A stretch of 64,000 nucleotides of DNA from Caecitellus pseudoparvulus. Taxonomy: Eukaryota > Protista > Bigyra: Bicosoecida. Shown here one piece after another: positions 37,701 to 48,771 of the stretch. The position numbers were made by a program, and so were the translations under genes. Below the pieces are notes generated by a model. That model was given only the letters and a program-made list of their open reading frames with translations, searched no databases and was not told the DNA's origin. The DNA lies in NCBI GenBank assembly GCA_965644315.1, contig CBFFRQ010000042.1, positions 434,001 through 498,000 on the forward strand, in the 5' to 3' direction. Numbering within the stretch: the first letter of the stretch is position 1; every line of letters starts with the position of its first letter.

Positions 37701-38736
37701 TGACGTGGGTCTTGTCAGAGCCAAGAGCAGCGTCGGTAACTTGCTGCAGCGTGCCTGGGCTGACGCCAGTGACCGCAGACGCATCTGCAAGCCAAGCGCT
37801 GATTCCACTGACAGCTGCCTGGCCAAGACGGGAGAGAGTTGGGGCATCTGGCAGGACCCTGTCCCAGGTATTCATGTACTGATCTATTTCTGACTTTGTT
37901 CCTGAGATGACGGCCTGGCGGTGTCGCTGTGAAGGAAAGCGCATGGTGTCGTTGGTGAGGTCGCACAGCGACGCCGGGCGGCGGCACACCTGTCGGAGAA
38001 ACACGGCCCTGGAGCATCTCCCGGCCGCAACAAGGAAAGTACGCACAGACATGGATGCTTTGTCCAGAGGGATGAGGAACTCTGATGGAGTCTTGGTCAT
38101 GTCGCCTTGCAGTCGTGCGTGCACCTGGCCGCCAAGCTCCGCGGCACACAGCAGCCCCTCCAGAGTGTCGACACTGCGCCACGAATCGGCAGCGCGCAGG
38201 GGCTCGCTGACAGCTTTTGCCTGCTCTTCAGCTGCTCTCTGGGATCTTGCTACAGCGCCACGCGTGCCCCGGGCAGCAAGGAAGCCGGCCGACGGGGAGT
38301 GCTGGCTGGTGACCGCACCAGCTGGAGATGGGGCAGTCCCCTGCAGCACATCCACAAATGCAAGCGAGTCTTCTCTCGCCCCCCCTTCAGCGCCTGGTGG
38401 CTGTGGCAAGGCTTGTCGTAGGTCTGATGCAGCACTTGCCAGCTTCGCTGCTGCAGCCTGCACAAAGCGCTCTGCGGCTGACACAAAGGCCGACAGCTCT
38501 TGCAGCGTCGGCTCGTCGAAGACAACTATGTACTGAATGTCAAGGTCATTCTGGGGAGGAGGCTTTGCCGCAGCTGCCGCAATCGTGCGCCACGTGAACC
38601 GCGAGGAGCTCAGCTTTTTCCCACTGCTGCGGTGGCCGCGACCCTTACTTCGCGGCTCGCTACTTCCGTGATGCGCAGAGCTGCTGTCAACGACAGGGCC
38701 AGAGCTGCTCGCCCCCACGACAGGAGTGCCCTCCAT
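34795..38736 (-). CDS. Large hypothetical protein with low-complexity basic and acidic C-terminus
   Basis: An uninterrupted ORF of about 1310 aa with Lys/Arg clusters (KGKRSRSTGKKK, KRPRARK, RKRK). No domain was recognised. Confidence 0.65.
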   Translation of the reverse strand: MEGTPVVGASSSGPVVDSSSAHHGSSEPRSKGRGHRSSGKKLSSSRFTWRTIAAAAAKPPPQNDLDIQYIVVFDEPTLQELSAFVSAAERFVQAAAAKLASAASDLRQALPQPPGAEGGAREDSLAFVDVLQGTAPSPAGAVTSQHSPSAGFLAARGTRGAVARSQRAAEEQAKAVSEPLRAADSWRSVDTLEGLLCAAELGGQVHARLQGDMTKTPSEFLIPLDKASMSVRTFLVAAGRCSRAVFLRQVCRRPASLCDLTNDTMRFPSQRHRQAVISGTKSEIDQYMNTWDRVLPDAPTLSRLGQAAVSGISAWLADASAVTGVSPGTLQQVTDAALGSDKTHVTLKQALRLVKEQAAAIAWLLSAQLACVVAGESQNRTAVRVRNLQSKLRDEIQQRQQYRTFVKTRPELFEEGQQGVVLRPGAGQELLAKQAQAAPAPFHLTSTQEPSAASAMRPDSGGSGAVSGVPEPPSSFLAAVLQRSAASLPAVWEYAIQTHSQPPVPWVRHVNDHGQRFQLRRAHRPGQQPGAVGAVSATKPVPGNVRRLQADVVIWGAGGATPSRGTPAVATLKPTSQTMRVQHSLRHRTSAAQPLPETVLSLVPGAGVSTPVSLARPAASTHEPALATSAAGIPAGASVYLPHPRFPSTQVPAIEGASEEEVRQVMGQFAIPKVAGEVLPFSSTPAAMYQVKLNGTPVPVPAYMVLLTVSARQVQAMLQSSLYVARSAEQRILAMPLASEKLGQVQRVRRDLETAVAVVESITQAVQPAGGQPSGTRPVPKPVPGVDFLGQLGPLLEFGEMPRFALLRMHKEVASNVTALRMGKPGAHSRGKLLVHLFTSMAYDTRVSGMTSALYLRHVARHVALPDGSRSSSVIFKPPPPEQRSSTDTYSIMLTPLANMPTDNAISRLSALGQHQEQHVPVAPAALPTAVQLPESAGSAAAPTFVASVPHGQPTYLQRKPHAPMALQPHRTASAASSSAAVEEDSHLASLAATAANAALATSDQASGGLRLDTEMFQNAVKAFAQQLLQAGSGSAPVAGPAAVAPKAGGTPTPTATPTGKGKRSRSTGKKKGGGDSATGGAKRPRARKTASGGNKRSRKNTAADSTPTAAAQEGAGQAAAAPAGQNKGNAQAPTARGKGKAANRKGGSNGRKRKPSAAPTVGGISPPANSTDQPPSIHAGLREAMDDAFGPVPSREESAQAPSAGASMPPLAPPGQGVLPGSSPRQLGGLTPSGGQPGLAGAWGQHEALDTALGGGLELDMGDGHDGMQFTFNDDLGDMFSPEPDSTTPHVSQPPSASTSALPNSDWLDVDL

Positions 38737-39273
38737 TACAGTGCTCCTAGCCACAGCGCGCCTACGGCCACGTTTTCGTGGCTTCCCCCGACGCTTGAAT
38801 CACAGGCTCTGGCTCTGGCCAGCTCCACCTCGGCGAACGGGTTGGACCGCACTCACGACACGCCCAGCGCCTTCTGCCCGGTCTATGGGTTTGCAGAAGG
38901 TGTCGCTGTCAGCCATGCTGCTCTTGGTCGGGCACAGCTTACCCTCCCGGTTGATTCTGACTGCTCTAGCTGACTGCAGGAGGAAGCGTAGGTTCGCACC
39001 CACGTCCATCCTGGCGAAGCAGGATGCTACGCGAGCGAGGATTTTCCGCTTTCACCGCTTCTGACTGAAAGGAGAATGCAGTAGCTTGTGAGAGGTTTGC
39101 GGTGGTCCTCGCCCTGAAGTCTGCTGTGTACCTCTCGTGCCGCCTGCGGGGGCTCTCCGGGTTCCTGCGCTGGTGTCTGTGGCAGGCAAGACGGCGCCAC
39201 TGCCACCCCGAACGCACAGCAAGTGCACACCTGCTCGAGAGAGGTCTTGCAAAGTTGACCGTCCCATCTTGCT

Positions 39274-40278
39274 CTATCCCTTCTCAGGCTGGGCTTCAGG
39301 CTCGCTAGGCAGGACTGGAACAGAAGTCAATTGGCGCGAAGCCACCCTCTTCCTCAATCGGCCTAGCTTGTCAGGGTTGCCCAGATTGTATGGGTATTCA
39401 AACCGCGGGGTGGAGGTACCGAATGTCCAGCGCGGAACATGGGCCAAGGAGACCGACAAGGGTACGTGCCTTCCAGACCTGCCGCCGCTCTGCCGGTGTC
39501 GGCGGGCGTCGGGTGGCACCACCACTCGGCCCCCCTTGGGCCTCGAAGCGGCAGCGGCGGCAGGTGCTCCGGTTTGTGCAAGCTGGACAGGGGCCACTGC
39601 TGGAGCACTACTGGCGCTTGACCGTGGCCGCTCCGTACGTGGCCACGTGGCTAGTGAGGATGTCTGCCTGTCGGCTGAGGTGGGCTGGGGCAGGCTTGGA
39701 GGCTCAAGAGGCGCAGCCTGTGTGGCTTCTACTGTACAAATGTGCACGAGGGTGGTGGGTACGCCTCTACAAAGCCTGCTGGGCGGCCGGTACACGTGGT
39801 TGCGAGGAAGCGACGGGGTACTCTCTCTTTCCTCCTGGCTGCTGCCGCATCCACTTGAAGCAGCAGCCTCCTCCACTTCGTCTTCCGACCCCAACAAAAT
39901 GCTCATGCTACTACCCTCAGTACCTGGACTGGAGCTGTGAGAGACCTGTCTTTCCTTCCCAGCGCAAGCGCCGTCCAGCGTTGCCCGTGAGGGCTGGGCT
40001 TTTGCAATATTGAGCTCGGCGCAGGTGGGTGCCACTGACGTGTCTTGGAGCTGCTCGGGCATCTGGGTTGCTTCAACATACGCTGTCATTGCGAATTCAG
40101 CACTTGAAACTTCTTCATTCCCATGCTGCAGTCTGGGGCTGTGCGTGTCTGCACAGCGCGGCACTCCATCAACACTGCCCACACTTTCTTCCAAGTCACT
40201 GCCAGGCTTCGTGAGCTCTTCTGGGCCCAACCCCGGGGGAATGGCAGTTCGCAGCTGGGATGAAGTGCCACAACCCAT
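39274..40278 (-). CDS. Hypothetical disordered protein with N-terminal myristoylation/palmitoylation-like motif
   Basis: The internal ATG at 40278 gives MGCGTSS, followed by an open frame of about 334 aa. Confidence 0.45.
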   Translation of the reverse strand: MGCGTSSQLRTAIPPGLGPEELTKPGSDLEESVGSVDGVPRCADTHSPRLQHGNEEVSSAEFAMTAYVEATQMPEQLQDTSVAPTCAELNIAKAQPSRATLDGACAGKERQVSHSSSPGTEGSSMSILLGSEDEVEEAAASSGCGSSQEERESTPSLPRNHVYRPPSRLCRGVPTTLVHICTVEATQAAPLEPPSLPQPTSADRQTSSLATWPRTERPRSSASSAPAVAPVQLAQTGAPAAAAASRPKGGRVVVPPDARRHRQSGGRSGRHVPLSVSLAHVPRWTFGTSTPRFEYPYNLGNPDKLGRLRKRVASRQLTSVPVLPSEPEAQPEKG

Positions 40279-40568
40279 GATAAAATGTGGTGCAGGCTGG
40301 TTGAGCTGCTCTATCGATTTCCTTCTGACGATCACTGCACGTTGGTGCTGTCCACGCCGTGCTATTGTGTGCAACCCTTTGCCTGCCGACCGCCGCGGGG
40401 TTGACTCAAAACCAACATGGAAATCTCCCAAGTGCATTTCTTGCCAGATACTGTGCAGACGCCGGACTTTTTTATGATTCTGCGCATGGTTTTGCCGGGC
40501 AGGACACGCCTGCTCCCTTGCATCAGCCTGTGCTGAAACGCCGAAACGCAGCATTGCCCTGTGCAAAC

Positions 40569-43500
40569 ATGAAGGCAGCGGCGTTTGGGATCATAAGCGC
40601 AGCTTGCTTCATGCAGCACTTAGCCTATGCTGCCCCATGCCCAGGCATGTGCTCTGGGCACGGTCGATGCGATGGAGGAACAGCAGTGTGCTCGTGCTTT
40701 GCGGGATGGGCTGGCCTAAACTGTGGACAACGTAAGCAGGCTGCTGAGAAGATCAGTGGCCACTTTGGAGCACCCCACTTCCACGCTCACCTTTGCAGGG
40801 CTGTGTCCAAAGTCCCTCCAGTGGTTCGGACCCACAGCAGGCATTGATTCTGTGCACTCTGTCCAGGCTGAGTGTGGCGGCGTCGGCTCTTGCAACAGGG
40901 AGACCGGCGCTTGCAAGTGCCAGGAGGGGTTTTCAGGCGCTGCATGCGAAAAAAGTGAGTGATCGCTCACGTGCGCAGACTTGGACATTGGTGCACTTGG
41001 TCCAAGTCACGTCATCTTGCACCGCAGTGACTTGTCCGGGTGGCTCAAGAACTCCCTGCAGCGGCAATGGCCGATGCGTGTCCATGCGGCGTGCAGGCAA
41101 AGAGAACGACGGAATCGCGACAAGAAGCGATGCAACCTACTCACTATGGGATGCAGACAAGGTGTTTGGTTGCTTGTGCTCTCCTGGCTGGGCAGGCTAT
41201 GATTGTTCACTTCCGTGAGCCCATTCCATGCGCTCGGCTGATCTGCGGCACAAGTGCACACAGCCAGACACACCCTTTGCGCAGGCAATGCCCTTGGGGA
41301 ATAGATCCACTGACACCCGGACAGCCTCAAGCTCAAGAAGTTCAAACCATCGCCTGCCCAGGGACTCTCGCGTCATACCAGGTCTCCTTTTCCGGCTTCC
41401 GGACAGCTGTGCTGCCTGCCACTGCTGACGGGGCCAGTGTGCAAGCTGCTCTCCTGGCCCTACCGAGCATTTCATCAGTTGAAGTTGCCGTAGTAGGCTC
41501 TCCATGCACCTCTCTGGCCGTGACGTTTGGAAATTTCCATGGTGATGCTCCGCCGCTGCATATGTTCGCGGTGCTGAGTTCTGGGGCTGGTTTGAGCGTG
41601 GAAGCCACAGAGCACACAAAGGGAGCAGCATACAGCACGCTTCGCCAAAAAATGACTTGTGGCCTTGAAAGTAGTACCGGGTCCTTTCGGCTCTTCGTGG
41701 GGTCCCCGACAGGTGCTTCCTGGACACCGTTCTTGAGTCCGATGGACTCACCGGCAGACCTCCTGGCGGCTGTGAATTCCGTGTCGTGAGTGCCGTTGCA
41801 AGGCAGGTTGGCCTGCTTTCGAAGGTGGACCGAGGCAAACCTTGTTCCTCCTGTACAGGCTTGTCAGTGGAGTGTCCCTGAGCACGGTGGCAGGGGGGGC
41901 GATGCTTTGCCAGCCTGGCGGCCAAGGTGAGCGTGTCGCCAGCAGAGCTGCACCTGGGCGCTCTCTCATAGCAGCCGCACCAACCACGCAGATACAATCC
42001 TCACCTTTAACGATTGGGGTGCACGAACTCTCATGGCAGAGGGAGCGCGCCCCCGTCAGTCGTTTGTGTGTTCCCTGGGCGTGGACGCGCGTGGGGATCC
42101 TGTGGCATTCCTGGTCGAGTTTGGCGGGGAAACATCTCGCAGCATTCGGCACTCTGCAACTGCAGCCGAGGTCAAGGCACTCTTGGAAGAGCTCCCTGGA
42201 ATCGAGTCCGTAGAAGTCGAGCTGCTTGACTCTGCAGGCAATCCCGTAACAGCTGCCTGCTCCCCTGAGGGACACACAGTGCGTGTGTACCTCCCCAAGC
42301 ATCGCGGGCACGCGCCGCCTGTGTCCGTGCAGATGCCAGCGGGGTCTGCGCCCACCACTGCGGTGGTGGAAGAGCAAGGGCTGTTTCTAGACGATGAAGT
42401 TACCTTCGAGACTGATTTTCAAAAGCCGCGGGAGGTGCAAGTCCTGACCTGCACCTGTGCTGCAGCCTGCAGTGGTGCATTCGTGCTGCGCTGGAGAGGG
42501 AAGGTCACCCAGTTGCTGCAGCATGACTCACCTGTTGCCAGGCAGCATGAAGAGGGCGGCAGTAGCGCCGGGTCAGGGACCGGGTCTTCCTTGCAAGCGC
42601 AGCTGGATGCCATCGCTGGCTTTCAGGTGGTTGAGCGCGTGGACAGGAGCGGGATAGGCACCAGCTTGTGCCAAGACAGCAGCACTGTGCAGTCACACGT
42701 AACATTCCTGCCCACAGCGGGCCCATCCAGCCCAATAACACTTTATAGCTCCAGCGCCTCGCTGTCTCTAAGCATAATCACCGAGTTTGACCCTGGATCG
42801 ATGCTTCAGCAGTGCTCTGGGCGTGGAACCTGCTCGTCTGGCAAGTGCGAGTGCGATGAAGGGTTCATGTCCACTGGCAAGGGAGCCTCGACTGGCAACT
42901 GTGGGCAATACTTTGGCGGCAAGTCATGCCCTGGAACCTTGGGCACCCCACCGGATGAGATTCCCTGCAATGGACATGGGTCGTGCTCGGGCCCCCCGTT
43001 GTTTGAGTGCCAGTGTGCGGATCAGTACGAGGGACATGATTGCGCTCTGCGGCGCTGTCCACGTGGCAGGGCTTGGTTCGACGAAGCCACGAGTGACGAC
43101 CATGGACACAGACTAGCCATTTGCTCAAACAAAGGGATTTGTCAGTCTGCTTCAGGCGTGTGCGCTTGTCAGCCTGGGTTCGAGGGGGCTGCGTGCGAGC
43201 GCCTCGCGTGCCCCGCCAGCGAAGGTGGCGCCTGCGGGCGGGGCGGTCGGTGTGTCTCGCTGGCGGACATCATGGACGCCTGGCGCACGCAGGGAGAAAG
43301 GCCCTTTTCAAGCCCAGAAACAGTCCTTCGGGAAGTGCAGTCCATTCGTTGCGGCCTGGACGGCGTGTCTCTTGGTCAGACTCACTTGCAGCTCGCACTT
43401 GGCGCGGATGTGACTGGCGCTCTTCCTGCATCAGCAACAGCAGCAGAGCTAAAAGGCGCCCTGGAACAACTTCCTTCGATCAGTGGGGTGGCAGTTGGGT

Positions 43501-44732
43501 TGTTCCAGGATGTTGACCTGTCAGTTCCCGCGGCTACAGACGAAGTATGCAGTGCCGCCGGGACATACGCAGCCATCACCTTCACGGGAGCTACGACACC
43601 AGGGCCAGTGCCAGAGCTCAGTACCAGTGATGCTGTTCACATTCAAGTGTCAGAGCACCGACCTGCTTTCGGGGGCCCTGTACAAGTTGTTTCGTGCGTT
43701 GATGCAGGGGCATTGTCAGGCACGTACACTCTTTCGTGGGGAGGGGCATCCACGGTAGCCCTCCCTGCAAGTGGTGTGCTTGACCCAGCCCTTTCCGTGG
43801 AAGAGGAGGTTGCCACTGCTATCGAAGCACTACCGGGGGCTGGGAACGTTGATGTGACGCTGATTCAAGGCAGCGATGCGACCGGACTTCCGCGTACAAC
43901 AGGCGCTGCATGCTCCACAGCCCCCGGCACCTCGATCCTTGTGCAGTTTCAGCAGCCTTCCCTGCACCACACGAAAATACCACTTCTCTCTGCAAGCAGC
44001 ACTGGATCTGTGTCAGTCACTGTGTCTTGGGTGCAGCAGTCGCAGTGGGCCTCTTACGGGAAGCGCGACCCGGCCAACGCGTCTGTTTGGGATGCATCCA
44101 AGCTTCAGGGATGCGTTTGCGGTTCACAACCGTTCGGAAACTCGTCAAGTTGGACAGGAGATGCATTTCAGTCGCATGGAATTGCTTGTGAAGAACAGCA
44201 ATGCCCGTGGGGAGTGAATCCTAGGGTGCCAGCCGTTCTCCCGCTGCAACATGACCCACAGCGGCAGCTGGAACAACAAACCATCACATGTACCGGCACG
44301 AGCGGTTCATTCAAGCTCCGGTTTCGTGGGCAGGAATCAACGGAAGCCGTCGACTCTGCTGACTCAAGTGCAGCCCTTGAAAGTGTGCTGGAGTCTCTCA
44401 GTTCCATTGGAGCAGTGGATGTGCAGTGCTCAGCAAGCACGGTGTGCGCTGGGGGGGCTGGGGTGAAGTGTGTTGTTTCTTTCCTGACTGAGCTTGGAGA
44501 CTTGCCCCAGCTGCAGGTTCTGCCGGCCGCGGGCGACGGCACCGGTCGCGCGCTGTCCCTCAAAGTCTGGGAGACTCAGAAGGGCAGCGGGCAAGTGGAG
44601 CCATGCTCCGGACGAGGCACGTGTCAAACTTCCCCCAGCCAATCCAGGTGCGACTGCTTGGCAGGCTACGCAAGCAGTGGAGGTCCAGGGGTCCTTGGTG
44701 CAAGAGGCGACTGCGGGTATCAGCTCAAGTAG
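40569..44732 (+). CDS. Secreted Sig1/OCM-type mastigoneme-like protein with EGF-like blocks and repeated ~100-aa modules
   Basis: Has a signal peptide and the pattern CPGMCSGHGRC, CP...W, AECGGVGSC, WDADKVFGC, CPWGIDP, repeated in a second block (CPRGRAWFD...CSNKGIC...WDASKLQGC...CPWGVNP). Five introns join the ORF fragments in phase. Confidence 0.75.
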
Positions 44733-44781
44733 CTCTGCCAGCAGCACGAGCGCACCGCGGTCTAGTCGACAAGATTGCTCT

Positions 44782-47700
44782 TTACCCAAGAAGTGTATCC
44801 AGCATGAGGGAAACATCAGATTCCTCCACAGTCGCAGATGGCTCAGAAGGCTGGGCTGAGCCTCCCGCAGCAGCCAAGAGGGGAGAGGGGTCCTGGTGCA
44901 GTTCTACAGCAGCCAAAGCCAGCTTCACGTGGGCAGGCAGGGTCACACGATGCATGCCTTCCAGCAAAGCATCGGGAGTCACCACAGACCAGGCGTCAAC
45001 GACTGCACTCCCACTAGTAGCAGACGATGCATGGCCAGCCCCATCACTCAAGGGCCCCACTGGCAGCTGTCCTAGACACGCGGTGTGAGGGCTAGGAACT
45101 GCGCCCGAAGAAGGAGGGGCACGCTGAATGCACGTCGATAGTCTGCCTGCCGTCACGGTGCCTGGGCTTACGGTCAACACTTGGCTTATGTGGTCAAAAT
45201 CACCCTGGAGCAAGCTCGGCTGCAGCAGCTGCAGCAAGGCCAAAGTTGCCGCGTACAAAGCTGGTGCACCATTCACAAGGAAAGCATCAACACACGGCAT
45301 GGCAATGTGCAGAGGGAGCGCTCGCAGAAACAGCGTGGTGAACCAGCCAAAGAGGAAGAGCTTGCAATCAAAAGCCTCGCGTCGAAAGTGAAGAGCCAGG
45401 TGTGGCAGCAAACAATGGAGTGCTTCTGAGAACACTGCACAGTGCCGCTCGAGCATTTTTCCATCTGCCCGCAAAAGGGCCAACAGCGTTGGCTGGCGAG
45501 TCAGAGCCAGCAGCAGCTGCAAGGAGCCGACTGCGTCGGGGGCCACCAAGCAACAAGCTGAAGCGAGGTACGACAGCCCTTGTGCATATCCAGTGTCAGT
45601 GTCTGCAGCAGCAAAGGCCAGTAGAACGCGGCGGAGTTGCTCATGCAACGGGCAGCTTCGGTCATCGAAGATGCCACAGCCGCGGAGTGTCCGCACAACG
45701 TCTCGCTGAATGAGCTCTACCAAAGCAGTCTCTGGAGCAACGGAAGCAGGGGTTGATCCCGACCCACCTGTGCCTGTTCCCGCGAAGCTGCTGGACCGTT
45801 CACGTCGGCGGGCGCACTGTGCTGGACTTGGCTCAGCTGCATGTGTCTGGGAGCCTGGCGCTTCGGCTTGGGCAGACTGCAAGAGTGCATCGAAGTCGGC
45901 CTTGTCCCTGACGTGTAGAGCAGCGGCTACTGATGGAGGGTGTATGCTTGGTTGGTGCCGACAAAACAAGTGTCTCTGGCTGTGGGATGAGAGAGCTCTG
46001 CCTTGGTGGCTCGGCTGTCCGGCCGGCTGGGGGGCCGGCGGTGCGAGGTGTCCTCCCAGCAGCCACGGTGCGTCGCTGAAGAGTTGGAGCATGCACCGCC
46101 ACACTTCCCACCTCAAAGACTGCTGTACACAGGCTTGCTTGAGCAGTTCTCGCGCCAATGTGACTTGCTCGGCAACACGAGCGCCTTCTGGAGTGCCTGG
46201 TGTCAAGGCCCGATGCTGCATCCACTGCAGCCCAGTGCCGCTCTTTACCAGCGCCACCCAATCGGACCAGGTTCGAAGGCCAGTCACACCAAAATCCAAG
46301 CGTAGTGCAGGGAGCGCCAGCGCCGATGCTCCGTCCCTCGCTGCGTGCACAGATTCAGGCACTCTAGAACGCGAGCGAGGGCTGTCTGGCGAAAGCGGGG
46401 AAGCTACGGCACTGGGGGTAGGTCCACCTGCCAAGCTACCTTCGGCGCAAGCACCGTGCATGTCCAACTCAATGCACGGAGCTGGTTTCAGCACGAAGTG
46501 GTTCTCGCTACCGCTTGAGTGTGAATATGCGGTGTGGTGCGCCAAGAGCAGCGGAGGGGATGTGGCCAGCACCGACACACCGTGGGCAGGGAGCCAAGCA
46601 GTCGGGAATGACCCTGAAGCATCCATGCCTGGGTGGATGATGGTTCCACTGCATGGCTTTGTGGTGTCCCAGTGCAGGACACACCCACAGGCTGTGCAGG
46701 CGACGACATGCTCCCCTGCAACTGCGAACTGCGTGATAGCAGGCCAGCAGGCCCCCCTTCCCTGATGATAAAGAATGTCTTGGTCACTATCAGACTGCCA
46801 AGGTGCGTTCGGATACGCCAGACATCTTGCATGCACAGCGAAGCGGGAAGGGCCATCGGTGCAGGCTGACATCCTTCGGGCGCATGCGGCCAGGCTCGCG
46901 CGCGACACAAACCATAGCCCATGCTGGACATCTTGCAGAACGACATCCCCCTCCGGTGACGTTGCAACTTGCACCCAAGGACCGGGTCTCACTTCAGCCA
47001 GACCAGGGAGGCCTGCCTGTGGTTCCACATCAACGAGGAAGAACGTCCAAGGGCCACGTGGGCCACTCGGTTGCCGGTTCTGAGCTGCACCCGAAGCACT
47101 CGATGGGCGCTGTCGAGACGCTGGAATGATGCGCGGCTGCTGTGCGCCTAGCAACGAGCCAGGTGGAGAGGAGGTGAGGGAGGGCGATCCAGCGCTAGCT
47201 GGCTCCGTGTCAGCGCGCGTTCGTGCGTGCCCAGCACCAGGCCGGAGCCCCAGGTCAGTCTGGGTGCCTGGAAGCTCGTAAGCTGCCACAAGCAGACTTC
47301 GACAGGCAGATGCGGGCAAGGCAAGGAAGATGCCAATGCCCGGCGTGGATGCGCCGCCGAGCGCCTGCACGGTTGTTGCGGCAATGTCACGAACATGAGG
47401 TGCACCCGCCCCGGCGGACAGGGAGAGGCGGCACGGGTGAAACGTGGGTTGCCAAAGGGGCAAGTCAGAATGCACACTAGGGCGGTGAAGGGAATGACAC
47501 GCTGCAGCGTGCAGCGAGCCAGTGGACGTCATGGCCAGCGTGTGTGTGGGGGAGCTGGCTACCTTGCACACGAAGGATTTGGCGCGAGGAAGGCCTGAAG
47601 CCTGCACAACAGGGCACGGCCCAGAGGGCACTGACTGGCTGAGGCTCGGCTTCCACGCCAGTACTTGCCCGATGCGGTTTGTAGCCCATGCCAAATGCTG

Positions 47701-48332
47701 AGTGTAAGATACGCAGTGAAGCGCTCGATCAGGGTCTTGCAAGATGCGCGGAAAGCAAGCTTCGCGGGCGAACCCCCTCGCAAGCGCTGAAGCAAGTTCC
47801 TGGGGAGCGTTTGGGTGCCCCTGTGCGAGCTGCGCCCACACTGCTTCCGGGGTCAGGCTGGCGTCACCAAGCGGGGTGGTGACACCAACCACTCCAGGGC
47901 GAATCTGTGACATCTTGGCACACCACACTTCCCCACAATCAATGCTGATGGCGCCGCTGCCAGGGATTGCCCACGCTGAAACGGAAGGCTGATTTGTCCG
48001 CGTATCCAGGTGACAGGCACGAGCTGCTAGCAGGTACTTGATCATGCTCAGGCTCTCAGAGATGCGTTGCTGCGCTTGGAGCAGGGAATCCCCGATGCGG
48101 ATGCTTGCAGCAGTCCCCAGCGCATTTTGTTGCGCGTCGTGCTCCCGCACTGTATCTGCTGCCCCTCGAAGGTTTTCCAGCAGCGCTGCTGACTGGTCCT
48201 CTACGTGTCCTTTCAGCACCACTATCTGTGACGCCACAAAGTGCGCACCATGAGTTTCAGCCGCGTTTCAGCAGACTCCGCGGTGCATACCTGGTGGGCC
48301 AAGAATTCGTGCAGGCTCTGCACTTCAAGCAT
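44782..48332 (-). CDS. TBC-domain Rab GTPase-activating protein with degenerate RCC1-like N-terminal region
   Basis: Contains LRWEVW, IQRDVVRT (Arg finger), GYAQG (Gln finger) and WFTTLF. A first exon 48332-48291 splices in phase to 48225. Confidence 0.82.
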
Positions 48333-48771
48333 GATGTTCGCGAAAATGCCACAGCAAACCTTCGGTGAGGAACTCTGTTGGAGCTGTGCACCCGAAAGGC
48401 GTGAGAGGGCGCCGTTTGAACCACTCCCTCTCTGACATGCAGCTCCACTCAGCACACCCCCACAGGCAGGTCACCCAGAGGTCAGGCTTGACAAGGCAAG
48501 ATGGCAAAGGTCGAGATCCAGAAAAGCGTGATGGCCGCCAAGCACATAAGGCGTTTTTGCTTTTGGATGGCCTAGCTTCTGTGCCAAGCTTGCTGCCTCG
48601 CGCAGCCCGTGCCCGAAGCCTCGTCCGCCAAAACCAACTCACCGAACACTGGGGCGCATTCGGGGCGATTCAGAGAAGTGCCCCTTCACGTTTTGACCCG
48701 ATCTTGTCCTTGTCACACTCCTTTGTCTCTGTGTGCATGTGTGCTGGCTTTGCTGCTCAATTTCCGCGGAC

